Under the pieces are notes generated by a model that had not been told where the DNA came from, made no database searches, and saw only the letters and a program-made list of their open reading frames with translations. The position numbers and the translations under genes are program-made. A DNA stretch of 64,000 bases from a bacterium. GTDB taxonomy: Bacteria > Zhuqueibacterota > QNDG01 > JAGLOF01. Of the stretch, positions 47,113 to 56,601 are shown piece by piece; position 1 is the first letter of the stretch, and every line of letters begins with the position of its first letter. The DNA is taken from positions 5,899 through 69,898 of the forward strand of contig JAFGRY010000030.1 in NCBI GenBank assembly GCA_016934955.1, read 5' to 3'.

Positions 47113-48621
47113 CTAACTGTCAAGCAGTTCTTTAAGAATCGCCGTGGACCGCTCGAGGGCGGCGTCGTGGAGTGAATTGCCCTGCGCGTCCATGGTGACG
47201 ATCACGGGAAAATCCTTCACTTCCAGCTCCCAGACTGCCTCCGGCAGCCCGAACTCTTCCAGCCTGACACTGTGAACCGCGCTGATACAGTCCGCGTAGA
47301 CCTGGGCCGCGCCTCCCACCGCGTGCAGGTAGAGGCAGCCCTCTTCCCTGCAGGCCCGCAGGGTTTCCGGACCCATGCCGCCTTTCCCGATAACGGCTTT
47401 CAATCCATAGGTCCGGATATTATCCGGCAGATAGGGCTCTTCCCGCATCGAGGTAGTGGGTCCCGCGGCCAGCGGCGTCCATCCGCCCGCTGCCCGGCGC
47501 ATGATCGGTCCGCAGTGGTAGAGCACCCCTCCCCGCAGACAGTCCAGACAGTTCCCCTCGTACAGGTATTTGTGCACCGCGTCCCTGCCGGTGAAGATCC
47601 TGCCGGATACGGCGAGCATGTCGCCGATCCGCACTGTATGCACGTCGGTGTCTGAAAGGGGCAGGGAAACGGAAGTGAACCCGGCAGCTCCCGACCCGGT
47701 TTCATGAACCGTCGCCGGATCGGTCCAGGCATCGCAGAGCCAGCGGTCTATGGCGCCGTCCCGGTCAAGTCGGACACCGCTGCGGCGATAGGCCCAGCAC
47801 ATATAGGCGACGGAAACGAAATAACTGGCGGGAATCCTGTTGCGAAACCCGATGGTGCATCCTGCCAGGGTAGGGCGGCCGCCGAATCCCATGGGGCCGA
47901 TATTCAGGGCCTCGGCATCGGTGAGGATCCGCCGCTCCAGCACTGCCAGTTCCGGCACCGGATTGATCCTGTCAAGGGGGAGAAAGAACTGTTTTTTCGC
48001 CTCGAGCAGGCCCGAAGCCCGGTCGCCCCCGATGCAGACGCCGGCGAACCCGGGACTGCATCCTTTCCCCTGGGCCCTGTTCACGGCATCCAGTACGCAG
48101 GCATGCACTCCATCCAGGTCCCTGCCGAAGAGCCGGCCGCCGATACGAGCCGGCAGCGTGTACTGGGCGGTCATATTTTCGCAGCCGCCCCCCTTCTGAA
48201 GCAGCCGGACCTCCGTGCCGGGCGATGCATGAAACTCGTAGTGAATGTCGGGGGTGCCCGGCCCGAGATTATTGCCGGAGTTTCCGCCCGATACCGGATC
48301 GACACTGTTGCTTCGGAGCAGCCCCGTTTCAGTGGCCCGGGCCACCGCCGCTTCCACGGCAGCGGTCATACCGGCGGTGTCACCGCCCTCAGGCAGGGTG
48401 ATGAGGAAAAAGAGGTGGCCGGTATCCTGGCAGAGGGGACGGGTCCGCTCAGCCGCACGCCGGCAGTTTTCCCGAATGATATTCAGTGCGGCCCCGCCGG
48501 CCGACGCGTCCGAACCGTGGTCACGGCCGCGGAAGAGGGCGGCGCCCGCGTCTTCGGGCAGGTGCGCGGTGTTGCGCTCGATGAGGGAGAATATGCTCTT
48601 TTTCAGAACCTCGAACTGCAT
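47113..48621 (-). CDS. Class I (Fe-S) fumarate hydratase, fused alpha/beta domains
   Basis: LCQDTGHLFF and GGGCENM motifs in the N-terminal (alpha) domain. C-terminal beta-domain SGRIFTGRDAVHKYL..GPTTS.R..IGKGGM. Confidence 0.88.
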   Translation of the reverse strand: MQFEVLKKSIFSLIERNTAHLPEDAGAALFRGRDHGSDASAGGAALNIIRENCRRAAERTRPLCQDTGHLFFLITLPEGGDTAGMTAAVEAAVARATETGLLRSNSVDPVSGGNSGNNLGPGTPDIHYEFHASPGTEVRLLQKGGGCENMTAQYTLPARIGGRLFGRDLDGVHACVLDAVNRAQGKGCSPGFAGVCIGGDRASGLLEAKKQFFLPLDRINPVPELAVLERRILTDAEALNIGPMGFGGRPTLAGCTIGFRNRIPASYFVSVAYMCWAYRRSGVRLDRDGAIDRWLCDAWTDPATVHETGSGAAGFTSVSLPLSDTDVHTVRIGDMLAVSGRIFTGRDAVHKYLYEGNCLDCLRGGVLYHCGPIMRRAAGGWTPLAAGPTTSMREEPYLPDNIRTYGLKAVIGKGGMGPETLRACREEGCLYLHAVGGAAQVYADCISAVHSVRLEEFGLPEAVWELEVKDFPVIVTMDAQGNSLHDAALERSTAILKELLDS

Positions 48622-48641
48622 CGAATGCTCCCGGCGGCCGG

Positions 48642-50198
48642 TCAGCGGAGACGCGGAGGATGCCGGTGGCCGGTGTGCTGCTCATAGGCGTAGGCGCACC
48701 TGATCAGCGTCGGCTCATCGAACATGCGGCCCAGAAACTGTATTCCCGCGGGCAGGTCTCCCGGCGCATATCCCATCGGCACGGTGATCGCCGGCTGACC
48801 GGTGTGGGGCGCGATCACCTGATTGTTGTCACCTTTGTACTGAACGCGGAATGAATCGATGGGGGCCGGGATGTTGCTCCAGGTCGGGTAGACGACAGCG
48901 TCAAGACGCAGCCGGTCCATTTCATCCTCAATAGCCCTGCGAAAGGCGACCCGCCGCACATCGTGCCAGGCGTCGAGAGCGGGAATCTCCGGATGTTCTT
49001 CCCGGCCGCTGTTTTCGGCGTAAAAGGCGAGACATTCGGCCGCGTAGTCCGATGTCGTGCCGGCCCGAATGATATCCTCAAGTGTCTTCAGCGTGTCCCG
49101 TTTGACCCAGGCCGCCAGATAATCCTCGATGTCCATGCGAAAATCGGAGCTCCACTGATCTATGGCCAGATCGCTGAATCCGGGGATCTCCAGCGGATCG
49201 ACGATTTCCGCGCCCAGCGATTGCAGGTCGGCAAGGGCCGTCCCGAAGAGCTCCCGGATCGGTTCGTCGGGATCGTTATCACTGAGGGCCCGCAGCACCC
49301 CGATGCGCGCGCCCCGCAGCCCGTCTTTCCGCAGGAACTGCCGGTACCCGTTCTCGGGGATATTACCCCGGGAGTGCGCGGTAATCGCGTCATCCGGATC
49401 ATACCCGGCGATCACCTCCAGCACCCGCACCGCATCCTCCACGCTGCGGCACATGGGGCCGGCCACGTCGTTCCTCTGGTAGAGCGGGACGATGCCGCTT
49501 CGGCTCACCAGTCCGATGGTGGAGCGAATGCCCGCGAGGGCGCAGTGGGATGAAGGGCCCCGGATCGAGTTGCCGGTGTCCGTGCCGATGCCGACCGCCG
49601 CCAGACTGGCGGCCACCGCGGCCGCGGTGCCGCCGCTGGAACCCGCGGGCACGTACCCGGTGTTGTAGGGATTCCTCGTGGTGCCGAAGGTCGAGCTTTC
49701 CGTGTGCATGGGGCTGAATGCCCATTCGGCCATATTTGATTTTGCGATCACCACCGCGCCCGCTTCTTTGAGCCGGTGGACAAGAAATGCGTCCTGCCCC
49801 GGAATGAAATCCCGCAGGGCAAGAGAGCCCGCGGTGGTGAGCATGCCCGCGGTATTGATGTTGTCCTTGATGATCACGGGAATACCGTGCAGGGGCCGCA
49901 GGTCGCCGGTTTCGGCGAATTCCCGGTCAAGCTCCCGGGCCTCCTCGAGCGCCCGGGGATTGAGCACGGTAACGGCGTTGATTTTTTCATCCAGCGATGC
50001 AATGCGCCGCAGATACGCGGTCACCAGCTGTTCAGCGGTGTAGCGGCCCCGGCGGAACGCGGTATGGATGTCGGCGATGGTCAGTTCCCTCACGTCCGGT
50101 GCACGTGAGTCAGGCTTGACGCTGCACGCAATCAGGAGGAGCATCAGCGGCAGCGCCGTCCGTGCGGACAGCGGATAACGGATAGGTTCTGATTTCAT
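48642..50198 (-). CDS. Amidase-signature family amidase with N-terminal signal or anchor
   Basis: GGSSGGTAAAVAASLAAVGIGTDTGNSIRGPSS is the AS-family Gly/Ser-rich signature. LHGIPVIIKDNI. Hydrophobic N-terminus ALPLMLLLIACS. Confidence 0.85.
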   Translation of the reverse strand: MKSEPIRYPLSARTALPLMLLLIACSVKPDSRAPDVRELTIADIHTAFRRGRYTAEQLVTAYLRRIASLDEKINAVTVLNPRALEEARELDREFAETGDLRPLHGIPVIIKDNINTAGMLTTAGSLALRDFIPGQDAFLVHRLKEAGAVVIAKSNMAEWAFSPMHTESSTFGTTRNPYNTGYVPAGSSGGTAAAVAASLAAVGIGTDTGNSIRGPSSHCALAGIRSTIGLVSRSGIVPLYQRNDVAGPMCRSVEDAVRVLEVIAGYDPDDAITAHSRGNIPENGYRQFLRKDGLRGARIGVLRALSDNDPDEPIRELFGTALADLQSLGAEIVDPLEIPGFSDLAIDQWSSDFRMDIEDYLAAWVKRDTLKTLEDIIRAGTTSDYAAECLAFYAENSGREEHPEIPALDAWHDVRRVAFRRAIEDEMDRLRLDAVVYPTWSNIPAPIDSFRVQYKGDNNQVIAPHTGQPAITVPMGYAPGDLPAGIQFLGRMFDEPTLIRCAYAYEQHTGHRHPPRLR

Positions 50199-50303
50199 AA
50201 ATGAGCATCTCCCTGCAGTCGGTTAACCCTGAAGGCGGACCCTGTCCTCTCCCGCGAACCCGCGGGCGTATCACGATTAGGCGTTACAGGCGGGGACGGA
50301 TCG

Positions 50304-50615
50304 TCAGATAACGTCATTGACCCAGCTGATTCCCGCGACCACCGTGGGAAATCCGATGGTCGTGGTAAGCAGGATCAGGGTGTGATAGATCTCATCCTTA
50401 TGAGCGCCGGCGGCCACGGCCCGTTTGGCGTGGCTGTGGACGGCTCCTTCACTTCTCACGGCCACCGCTGCGGCCAGCTGGATCAGGTGCGCGGTCTTTT
50501 CATCGAGCGGGCCCTCCATGCGGGTTTTTCGGGCCAGTTCTTCCACCGCCGCCAGAAACCCGGGGTGTCGTTCCTTGACGATCTGATATGTTTTCGGAGG
50601 TGTTGTGTCAGGCAT
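50304..50615 (-). CDS. Carboxymuconolactone decarboxylase (AhpD-like) family protein
   Basis: EKTAHLIQLAAAVAVRSEGAVHSHAKRAVAAGAHKDEIYHTL is the CMD-domain pattern. The ATG at 50615 follows GGAGAT. Confidence 0.75.
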   Translation of the reverse strand: MPDTTPPKTYQIVKERHPGFLAAVEELARKTRMEGPLDEKTAHLIQLAAAVAVRSEGAVHSHAKRAVAAGAHKDEIYHTLILLTTTIGFPTVVAGISWVNDVI

Positions 50616-50723
50616 GATGATCTCCTTCCGTACACTCACGAATCGCGGCGGATCGCCGCCGGTAGACAAGCTGATAAAGTGGGGTTACTGGGAGAAGATA
50701 GCGAAAAAAACCGGGAGAAGCAA

Positions 50724-50749
50724 GCGGCAGCTGATCCTTCAGCTGCCGC
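50724..50749. terminator. Perfect 11-bp hairpin between two minus-strand genes
   Basis: GCGGCAGCTGA-tcct-TCAGCTGCCGC. On the minus strand a T7 run follows after 13 nt. Confidence 0.4.
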
Positions 50750-50804
50750 TGCCTGAACAGTAGTTGGGGGTTCGATGAGGACATACCGCCGGTATGTCCT
50801 TTAT

Positions 50805-51563
50805 TCAGTCAATGGGATCCGCCATGGCGACGGTCTTGTCGCGGAATCCCCAGTAGAGCCGGGTGTCTCTGAAGCAGAGGCCCGTGAGCGTGTCCGCGGG
50901 TACGGGTAGGTGCATCTGAACCGCGAGAGACATATCAGTGAGCAGCAGCACATCCGTGTCAGCCGTGTCCCTGCCGAGAATATAGAGCAGGTCATCCTCA
51001 CCCAGGTCGATGGCGTACGCGCCGGTGCCGGAGTCGAACCCGGGAAGCGGTGCGCTCGCTTTCAGGGTCCATTTGGAAGGATCGTCTTTATTGACGCAGC
51101 GGAGCTCGTAGAGAGCGCCGGCGCCCGGTCTGCTGAGGACAAGGAGCGAGTCGTGAGCCTCGCTGCAGCAGATGCCGCTTCCCACGGAAGCGGCGGCCCC
51201 GGAGATTTCCCGGTTGTAAAACGGTTCGCCCGCGGGGGAGCGTTTCATGATGGTGTTGAACCGCCTGCTCTGCAGGTAGAGATTATGTCCGTCATTGGTA
51301 ATGGCAAGATACCCCTGGCCGTTCATCTTCAGGTCGGCCAGGGACTGAATGGTCCTGCCGTTGTCGGCGATGGTGTAGAGCACGATCTGCGGTCCCGCAA
51401 GTGTGCTCGTGTCAACGTTCGTTGTGTAGAACACGCCGTTGAGCCAGGTAATGTCTCCGATAGTGTCCCGGGCCGTATCGGTGAATACGTTCACTGAATT
51501 GTCACTGGTGCAGCTCAGCAATACAGCCGCCAGGAAAATGAATGGCAACAGCAGCTTTCTCAT
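50805..51563 (-). CDS. Hypothetical lipoprotein (beta-rich)
   Basis: MRKLLLPFIFLAAVLLSC lipobox. No recognisable family. Confidence 0.65.
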   Translation of the reverse strand: MRKLLLPFIFLAAVLLSCTSDNSVNVFTDTARDTIGDITWLNGVFYTTNVDTSTLAGPQIVLYTIADNGRTIQSLADLKMNGQGYLAITNDGHNLYLQSRRFNTIMKRSPAGEPFYNREISGAAASVGSGICCSEAHDSLLVLSRPGAGALYELRCVNKDDPSKWTLKASAPLPGFDSGTGAYAIDLGEDDLLYILGRDTADTDVLLLTDMSLAVQMHLPVPADTLTGLCFRDTRLYWGFRDKTVAMADPID

Positions 51564-51768
51564 GGCATCATCTCCCTTGTTGTGTGTTTTTGCCTGTGAT
51601 GATTACGCAATACTCTGTTCCTCTGCGGGTAACGTCCTGTTCACGGTGGAAGTTCCCCGGACATCGTGCGATCCCTTCGCTGCCGGGAATTTCGCCGCCC
51701 TCCTTTTCGAGCGGCAGGTGCCGCTGAATAAACCCCGCTCGTATGCGTGATTGCCGCTGATATCACCA

Positions 51769-52365
51769 TCAATCCCTGAGGCAGCGAACGGAGAGGCCGC
51801 AGCGTTTCCCGAGACAGGCGCCCCGCCTGATGCTCGTTTCGTTGTACCAGAGTTCCCAGGCCAGGGCGTACATCACCGGCATCTCACCGCCATCGAGATC
51901 ATCCCACCTGTCTTCCGACGCTGACCAGAAATGGGCGAATTCTCCCAGTCCGATGAAGGAACCGTAACAGTCGATATAGCCGCCGGGGAGGGCCTGGAAA
52001 CGAGTGGAATCCTCGGCGCCGATGTTCCCGGGGAGCCAGTGTCTGGTTCCCTTCTCCTTGAGGCGGCCGCCCGCGGCGAGCTGTCCCCCCAGGTGTTCGA
52101 TCAGCAGCTGCCATTCACCATCAGAGGGGATATGCCATCCGGCAGGCGCCAGTCCCCGTTGATCATGGACTGCGTACCAGTTGTACAGTTTGCCGTAGAC
52201 GTCACTGTTCGCCGGATCATCGCCGTAATCGCACCAGGCACCGCTGCCGGCGGTTTTCCAGGCTGCACCACCCGTAAGCGAGGGGATGGGATCGCCGTTC
52301 CGGTAATGGTCCACATTGAGATTGACCGCACTCCACACCTGCTTCCCGATGGTTACCGTTTTCAT
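51769..52365 (-). CDS. Fibrobacter succinogenes major paralogous domain (FISUMP) protein
   Basis: VTIGKQVWSAVNLNV..YRNGDPI, GKLYNWYAV, LAPAGWHIPSDGEWQLL, and C-terminal ..GLSVRCLRD are hallmark FISUMP motifs. Confidence 0.8.
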   Translation of the reverse strand: MKTVTIGKQVWSAVNLNVDHYRNGDPIPSLTGGAAWKTAGSGAWCDYGDDPANSDVYGKLYNWYAVHDQRGLAPAGWHIPSDGEWQLLIEHLGGQLAAGGRLKEKGTRHWLPGNIGAEDSTRFQALPGGYIDCYGSFIGLGEFAHFWSASEDRWDDLDGGEMPVMYALAWELWYNETSIRRGACLGKRCGLSVRCLRD

Positions 52366-52671
52366 GATTGTCTCCCCGCGGCAATGGTGCCCGCGTTATG
52401 GTGAGATACATCGTCACGTGAATGTCACTGTCCGGCACGAATGCCGGCAGAAGAAGGAGCATGCGGTGAACAGAAGCGAATGTCACGAACTAAGAAGGAT
52501 CGGTGCCGGGGGAGATGTGGAGAATGTTGTGCAGAACCGATGGGCATTCGTTGTCACGGGAGGACCGGCCGCAGGTTCCAATGTGATATTATATGTAACC
52601 AGTTCGCTCAAATATAGGAAATGCGGGGTAATTTGGCAAGCGGTTTTTAGCGCGGTGCGCGTCATTCCGGT

Positions 52672-53334
52672 TCAGAGGCTTCCCCGGGGAATATCCAGTT
52701 CGGCGAACCGCTCCTGCTGGGCGTTCACGAAGGCAACGATTCTTTCCGCCACCTTTGCCGGATCCATAAATGTGCCGTATTCGGGATTGGGAAAGCGATC
52801 CCAGAGGCCGGTTTTCATTCCCCCGGGCAGTACCAGGGTGATTTTCAGATTGTCGCTGCGGTTCTCCAGGCCGAGGCTGCGGATCAGGCCGACCTGGGCG
52901 AACTTGCTGGCGGCGTAGACCGCCTCGTCGCTGCGGGCCTTCTTCCCGGATGATGAGGCAACGGCGACGATCCGGCGCAGGCTGTCGGCGCTTCCCATCC
53001 TCTGCCAGAGATAGTGCACCAGCGGCAGCACGTTCCTGACATTGATATCCATGGTTTCCAGGATCGCCCGTTCCTCCTGCACGGCAAAATCCCCTTTGAG
53101 AAGACGCCCCGCCACCCAGTAAAACTGATCGACGGGCGGCAGCGCATCCAGCTGCGCCATGAGAGCGGAGACGCTTGTGGACGAGGAAAGGTCCACGTTC
53201 AGAAACGTACGCCGGCCCTCACGGCCGTTTTCCAGGCTGCTGCCGGTTTCAATGGTGTCATGTCCGTCCCGGCGGCAGATACGGGCGATCTCCCGGCCCA
53301 GGCCCCTGGTTGCACCGAGGATGAGGATGGTCAT
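52672..53334 (-). CDS. Short-chain dehydrogenase/reductase (SDR)
   Basis: ILILGATRGLGREIA (TGxxxGxG-like), SSSG..., YAASKFA (YxxxK) and PGGMKT. Confidence 0.85.
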   Translation of the reverse strand: MTILILGATRGLGREIARICRRDGHDTIETGSSLENGREGRRTFLNVDLSSSTSVSALMAQLDALPPVDQFYWVAGRLLKGDFAVQEERAILETMDINVRNVLPLVHYLWQRMGSADSLRRIVAVASSSGKKARSDEAVYAASKFAQVGLIRSLGLENRSDNLKITLVLPGGMKTGLWDRFPNPEYGTFMDPAKVAERIVAFVNAQQERFAELDIPRGSL

Positions 53335-53364
53335 GTCTGCTCCATATTTTTTCAGTAAAAGAAA

Positions 53365-53488
53365 GCCAACGAAAGGCACAAAAAACTCGAAACACAGAAC
53401 CTGAGAACTTCAGAACGTGAGAGCGTGGGCACCTATATCCGGTGTCATATGGTATTTCTGTCTTTTCCTTTTCGTGTTTTTCGTTGGC
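53365..53488. repeat. Copy B of the intergenic repeat family (complete hairpin)
   Basis: Left arm GCCAACGAAAGGCACAAAAAACTCGAAACACAGAA. Right arm TTCTGTCTTTTCCTTTTCGTGTTTTTCGTTGGC. These are imperfect inverted repeats around a spacer of about 57 nt. Confidence 0.65.
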
Positions 53489-53502
53489 TATTCCTATGCT
53501 GC

Positions 53503-56500
53503 TCAACGTTCCTGAATGAAAAGGAACAACCCCTGTCCGGCCGGGACGGGGATCGTGTCCACCGAATCAAACTCCTGATATTCCTGCAGTCCGTTTACCG
53601 CCGGGGCGGTGATGAAGACACGCGAGGGATCGAGTCCCAGCGCGTTCCAGTCAACGGCGAGCCGGATGGTTTCATCCTGCGCGGACCAGGAGGCGAGGCT
53701 GAACAGGGCCGCGTTTTTCCTGGAGTAGGCGGTGACCAGTATGTCCGGCCGTCCCGTCCGTACCGGACAGTGCTTCACCCAGTATCCGATCATGCGGCTT
53801 TCCGCGATCCCGAATTCGTCCCACATGCGCCAGACCGGACGGGGATCGTAGGTGCCGTAGACCCGGGTGGTCATGCCGTAGAGCATGCCCCGGTAGGGGT
53901 GCCCGCCGTCCTGGAGCATCTCTCCGGTGAGACCGAAGGGTATGCCGGATACTTCCGTTAGATAGTAATCGGGTCCCTGATCATAATCGAAGTATTCCCC
54001 GAACCAGAGCCTGGTGATGAAAGGGAAGTGCTCCATGTAGAGGAACGCGGAATTGATGTACCCGTCCCGGGGGTTGTACTGGTTGGCCGAGTGAAGATCG
54101 ATGACCGCGCCGGGCCTGCTGCGGTTGAGCACCGAAACCATCCGCTTGACGGTTTCCCGGCTGAAGGCGATGTCATCGAGATAGAGTCCGTCGATGTGCT
54201 GATTCCGGGCCAGCCAGTCCAATCCTTCGATGTAGTAGTTGGTCCAGCGGGAGGTGCCCTTGTTCAGGATCGCCGCGTCATCGACCCGCCAGGCGTGCCA
54301 GGCGCTGTGATAGCGGTCCTGCAGATGCTCCTGCAGCCAGGGATGGCCGCCGCCCTCGCCGTCGTTGAATATCTCGTCGCCGAGACTGCGCAGGGCAAAG
54401 AGCTCATAACACCTGTAGGTCAGCTCCCTGATGGTGTTGTAGAGTTTTACCTTGATGCCCCTGGCGTGTGCTTCACTGATATAGGCGGTCTGTTGTTCCA
54501 GATTGTAAAAAGGGTAGTTGATATAGGGATTGATCTCGTTCGCGTGGTGAATGTTGACCACCGTGCCGCCCCATGCCGCCACCGAATCGACGGGAACATA
54601 CGCATGGACGAAGCGGGTGGTGAAGTGCGCTTTCGTATCCAGATAGGTGAAGGGGGTGATGAGAAAACGGATATTGAACTGCAGGGTGTCGCCCCGGTTC
54701 AGGCGGCGGGCACCGCTGTAGTTATTGGCAGTCACCTCACTGTCCGAAGCAGTGATGGTGATGCCCCCCCGGCCGCCGTTGTACCAGGAAGACGGCAGTT
54801 TCAGCGGTTTCTGCTGATAGAAATTGGTGTTCAGGGGCCGCTCGTAGGTGTCGTCCCGCAGCACATACTGCAGGCCGCGGTTGACCGCTCCCAGCCAGAC
54901 TCCCTCCTGATGACGGGTGATGTCCCATTTCCAGTTGACCTGCCCGGGCCGTTTCTGTCCCGGATACCCCAGGCCCAGCATGTATTCCGCGGCTTCGGGC
55001 AGCATGGGCACTGACAAGTGCATATCGTCCGCCGGGAAGGGTTCTCTGGCGGTCAGTGTCAGCCGGCAGCTGAGCATGCCGTCGTATTCGAGGGTCCCTT
55101 CCAGGGTGAGCCGGGCGGACTTCGATTCGCTGCGTGCCGTCCAGACCGCGCGGCCGGCATGATCGCGAGTGACGGCAAAGGGCTGGGATACCCACGGTTC
55201 CGCGGCGCCGTCTCTGATAATGCTGAATTGAAGGGGCCGGGCGAGAATGTCCCGGGGCGCGTTCGCCGGGCCGGTCATCTCCTCGCTGAACCACGACTGG
55301 ATGCGTGCGGGCAGTCCCTCCGGTCCCAGGGTGATATCTCTTCCCAGAATACGCAGCCCGTGCCCGTCCACGCGCACGGGCGTATAGGGAGGCATGATAT
55401 AATCCGGATCGGAGCCCAGAGTCGAATTCAGCCAGCGAAGCCGTGACATCAGCCGCGGATCATCGTCCCCATGATCGGCACAGCGCCCCGAAAGCACGGT
55501 CAGGGCGACGTGTACGGTTTCAGGAGGAGTGCTTTCGGCCGCCACGGTAACGGTGCCTTCGTAGAGACCCGGCTTCTGATCCGGATCGACCGCCGCTCCG
55601 AACCAGAGCGGCTGTACCGTTCCCTTTTCGACGCTGATCTTCTTTGCAAAGGGACGTCCTGAAAGGTCGATCCCCCCGGTGTTGAAACAGGTGATGCTGT
55701 CTCGGGGAATGGCGGCGGCGGACTCCCGTAACCCGGTCCATTCAACGGAGAGTACGCCGAGCGGTTTTCGCGGCGCATAGACCGCCACCTGCCAGGTGAC
55801 GTATTCACCCCGGCGGGCGCTGAAGACCAGGGTGTCCCGGGGGCCCTGCCTGGCCCAGTGGACCGGAATATGCGAACGCATCCGTACGGGATACTCCCGG
55901 AATTCAGGGAAGAGAAGGAAGGCATCTTCGTGTTCGGAAAGGAGCGAGGCAAGTTCATCCCCCGTGGCGGCGACCTCCATGGGAAAGAAGCTGTGAAAGG
56001 CATTCTGCGACTGGATCGCGATGACCCGGGCCGCCGGAAGGGAGGCAAGGTCCCCGGGGGCAAGATGGTTCTGCAGCCGCAGCCAGCTGCTGTCGGAACA
56101 GGCCGCTGCCCGCAGATGGGAAACCCTGGGATAGTAGCCGCCGCTGGTCCGGTAGGGCAGATAGTAACAGTAGTAGCGGGTGCTGCCGGAATCGGCCTGA
56201 AAGAGGATGTCTCCCTGTTCCGCGGTAACGGCCCGCGGGCAGACCCGCTCGATCTCTTTACCGGTATCCCCGTTGACCAGTATGACAGCTGTTTCCCGGG
56301 GGTCGGGATCGTGCCGCCGCCAGGGAATGAGCGCCCGGTGAACGCCTTGATCTCCGGCGGTTTCCAGCACGGCCCGGTGATAACCCCGGGAGACGCCCGC
56401 GCTTCCCGAAGGCAGGTCATGCTCCCAGCGGCCATCTTCCCAGACGACACCGTCGATGGTGTCGGGTATGACCGGCGGCGCGGGGGCGGCGCTGTCTCCT

Positions 56501-56568
56501 GCCCTGCGGCAGCTGCACAGGGTGAGCATGCAGGCAATAATGACGAGAGAACCGATGCGGATGGTCAT
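53503..56568 (-). CDS. Large lipoprotein, putative glycoside-hydrolase-like (TIM-barrel, DUF4091/GH123-like) protein
   Basis: Signal with lipobox (MLTLCSC). The C-terminal half (NIHHANEINPYINYPFYN..ARGIKVKLYNTIRELT..HIDGLYLDDIAF) looks like a glycosidase barrel. The family assignment is tentative. Confidence 0.5.
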   Translation of the reverse strand: MTIRIGSLVIIACMLTLCSCRRAGDSAAPAPPVIPDTIDGVVWEDGRWEHDLPSGSAGVSRGYHRAVLETAGDQGVHRALIPWRRHDPDPRETAVILVNGDTGKEIERVCPRAVTAEQGDILFQADSGSTRYYCYYLPYRTSGGYYPRVSHLRAAACSDSSWLRLQNHLAPGDLASLPAARVIAIQSQNAFHSFFPMEVAATGDELASLLSEHEDAFLLFPEFREYPVRMRSHIPVHWARQGPRDTLVFSARRGEYVTWQVAVYAPRKPLGVLSVEWTGLRESAAAIPRDSITCFNTGGIDLSGRPFAKKISVEKGTVQPLWFGAAVDPDQKPGLYEGTVTVAAESTPPETVHVALTVLSGRCADHGDDDPRLMSRLRWLNSTLGSDPDYIMPPYTPVRVDGHGLRILGRDITLGPEGLPARIQSWFSEEMTGPANAPRDILARPLQFSIIRDGAAEPWVSQPFAVTRDHAGRAVWTARSESKSARLTLEGTLEYDGMLSCRLTLTAREPFPADDMHLSVPMLPEAAEYMLGLGYPGQKRPGQVNWKWDITRHQEGVWLGAVNRGLQYVLRDDTYERPLNTNFYQQKPLKLPSSWYNGGRGGITITASDSEVTANNYSGARRLNRGDTLQFNIRFLITPFTYLDTKAHFTTRFVHAYVPVDSVAAWGGTVVNIHHANEINPYINYPFYNLEQQTAYISEAHARGIKVKLYNTIRELTYRCYELFALRSLGDEIFNDGEGGGHPWLQEHLQDRYHSAWHAWRVDDAAILNKGTSRWTNYYIEGLDWLARNQHIDGLYLDDIAFSRETVKRMVSVLNRSRPGAVIDLHSANQYNPRDGYINSAFLYMEHFPFITRLWFGEYFDYDQGPDYYLTEVSGIPFGLTGEMLQDGGHPYRGMLYGMTTRVYGTYDPRPVWRMWDEFGIAESRMIGYWVKHCPVRTGRPDILVTAYSRKNAALFSLASWSAQDETIRLAVDWNALGLDPSRVFITAPAVNGLQEYQEFDSVDTIPVPAGQGLFLFIQER

Positions 56569-56601
56569 GAGTGATACTCCCTTGCAGATGCGGACGCTCC
56601 T

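Noticed and set aside
51769-52671. Diversity-generating retroelement targeting the FISUMP (C-type-lectin-like) protein
   Set aside because: There is no reverse transcriptase gene in the window. I found no template-repeat copy of the 3' end of the gene in the adjacent 306-nt or 205-nt non-coding regions.
52366-52671. Structured RNA in the 306-nt gap between the SDR and FISUMP genes (contains a CCGGCA-cgaa-TGCCGG hairpin)
   Set aside because: There is only one short hairpin and no recognisable riboswitch or sRNA consensus. This is insufficient evidence without a covariance search.
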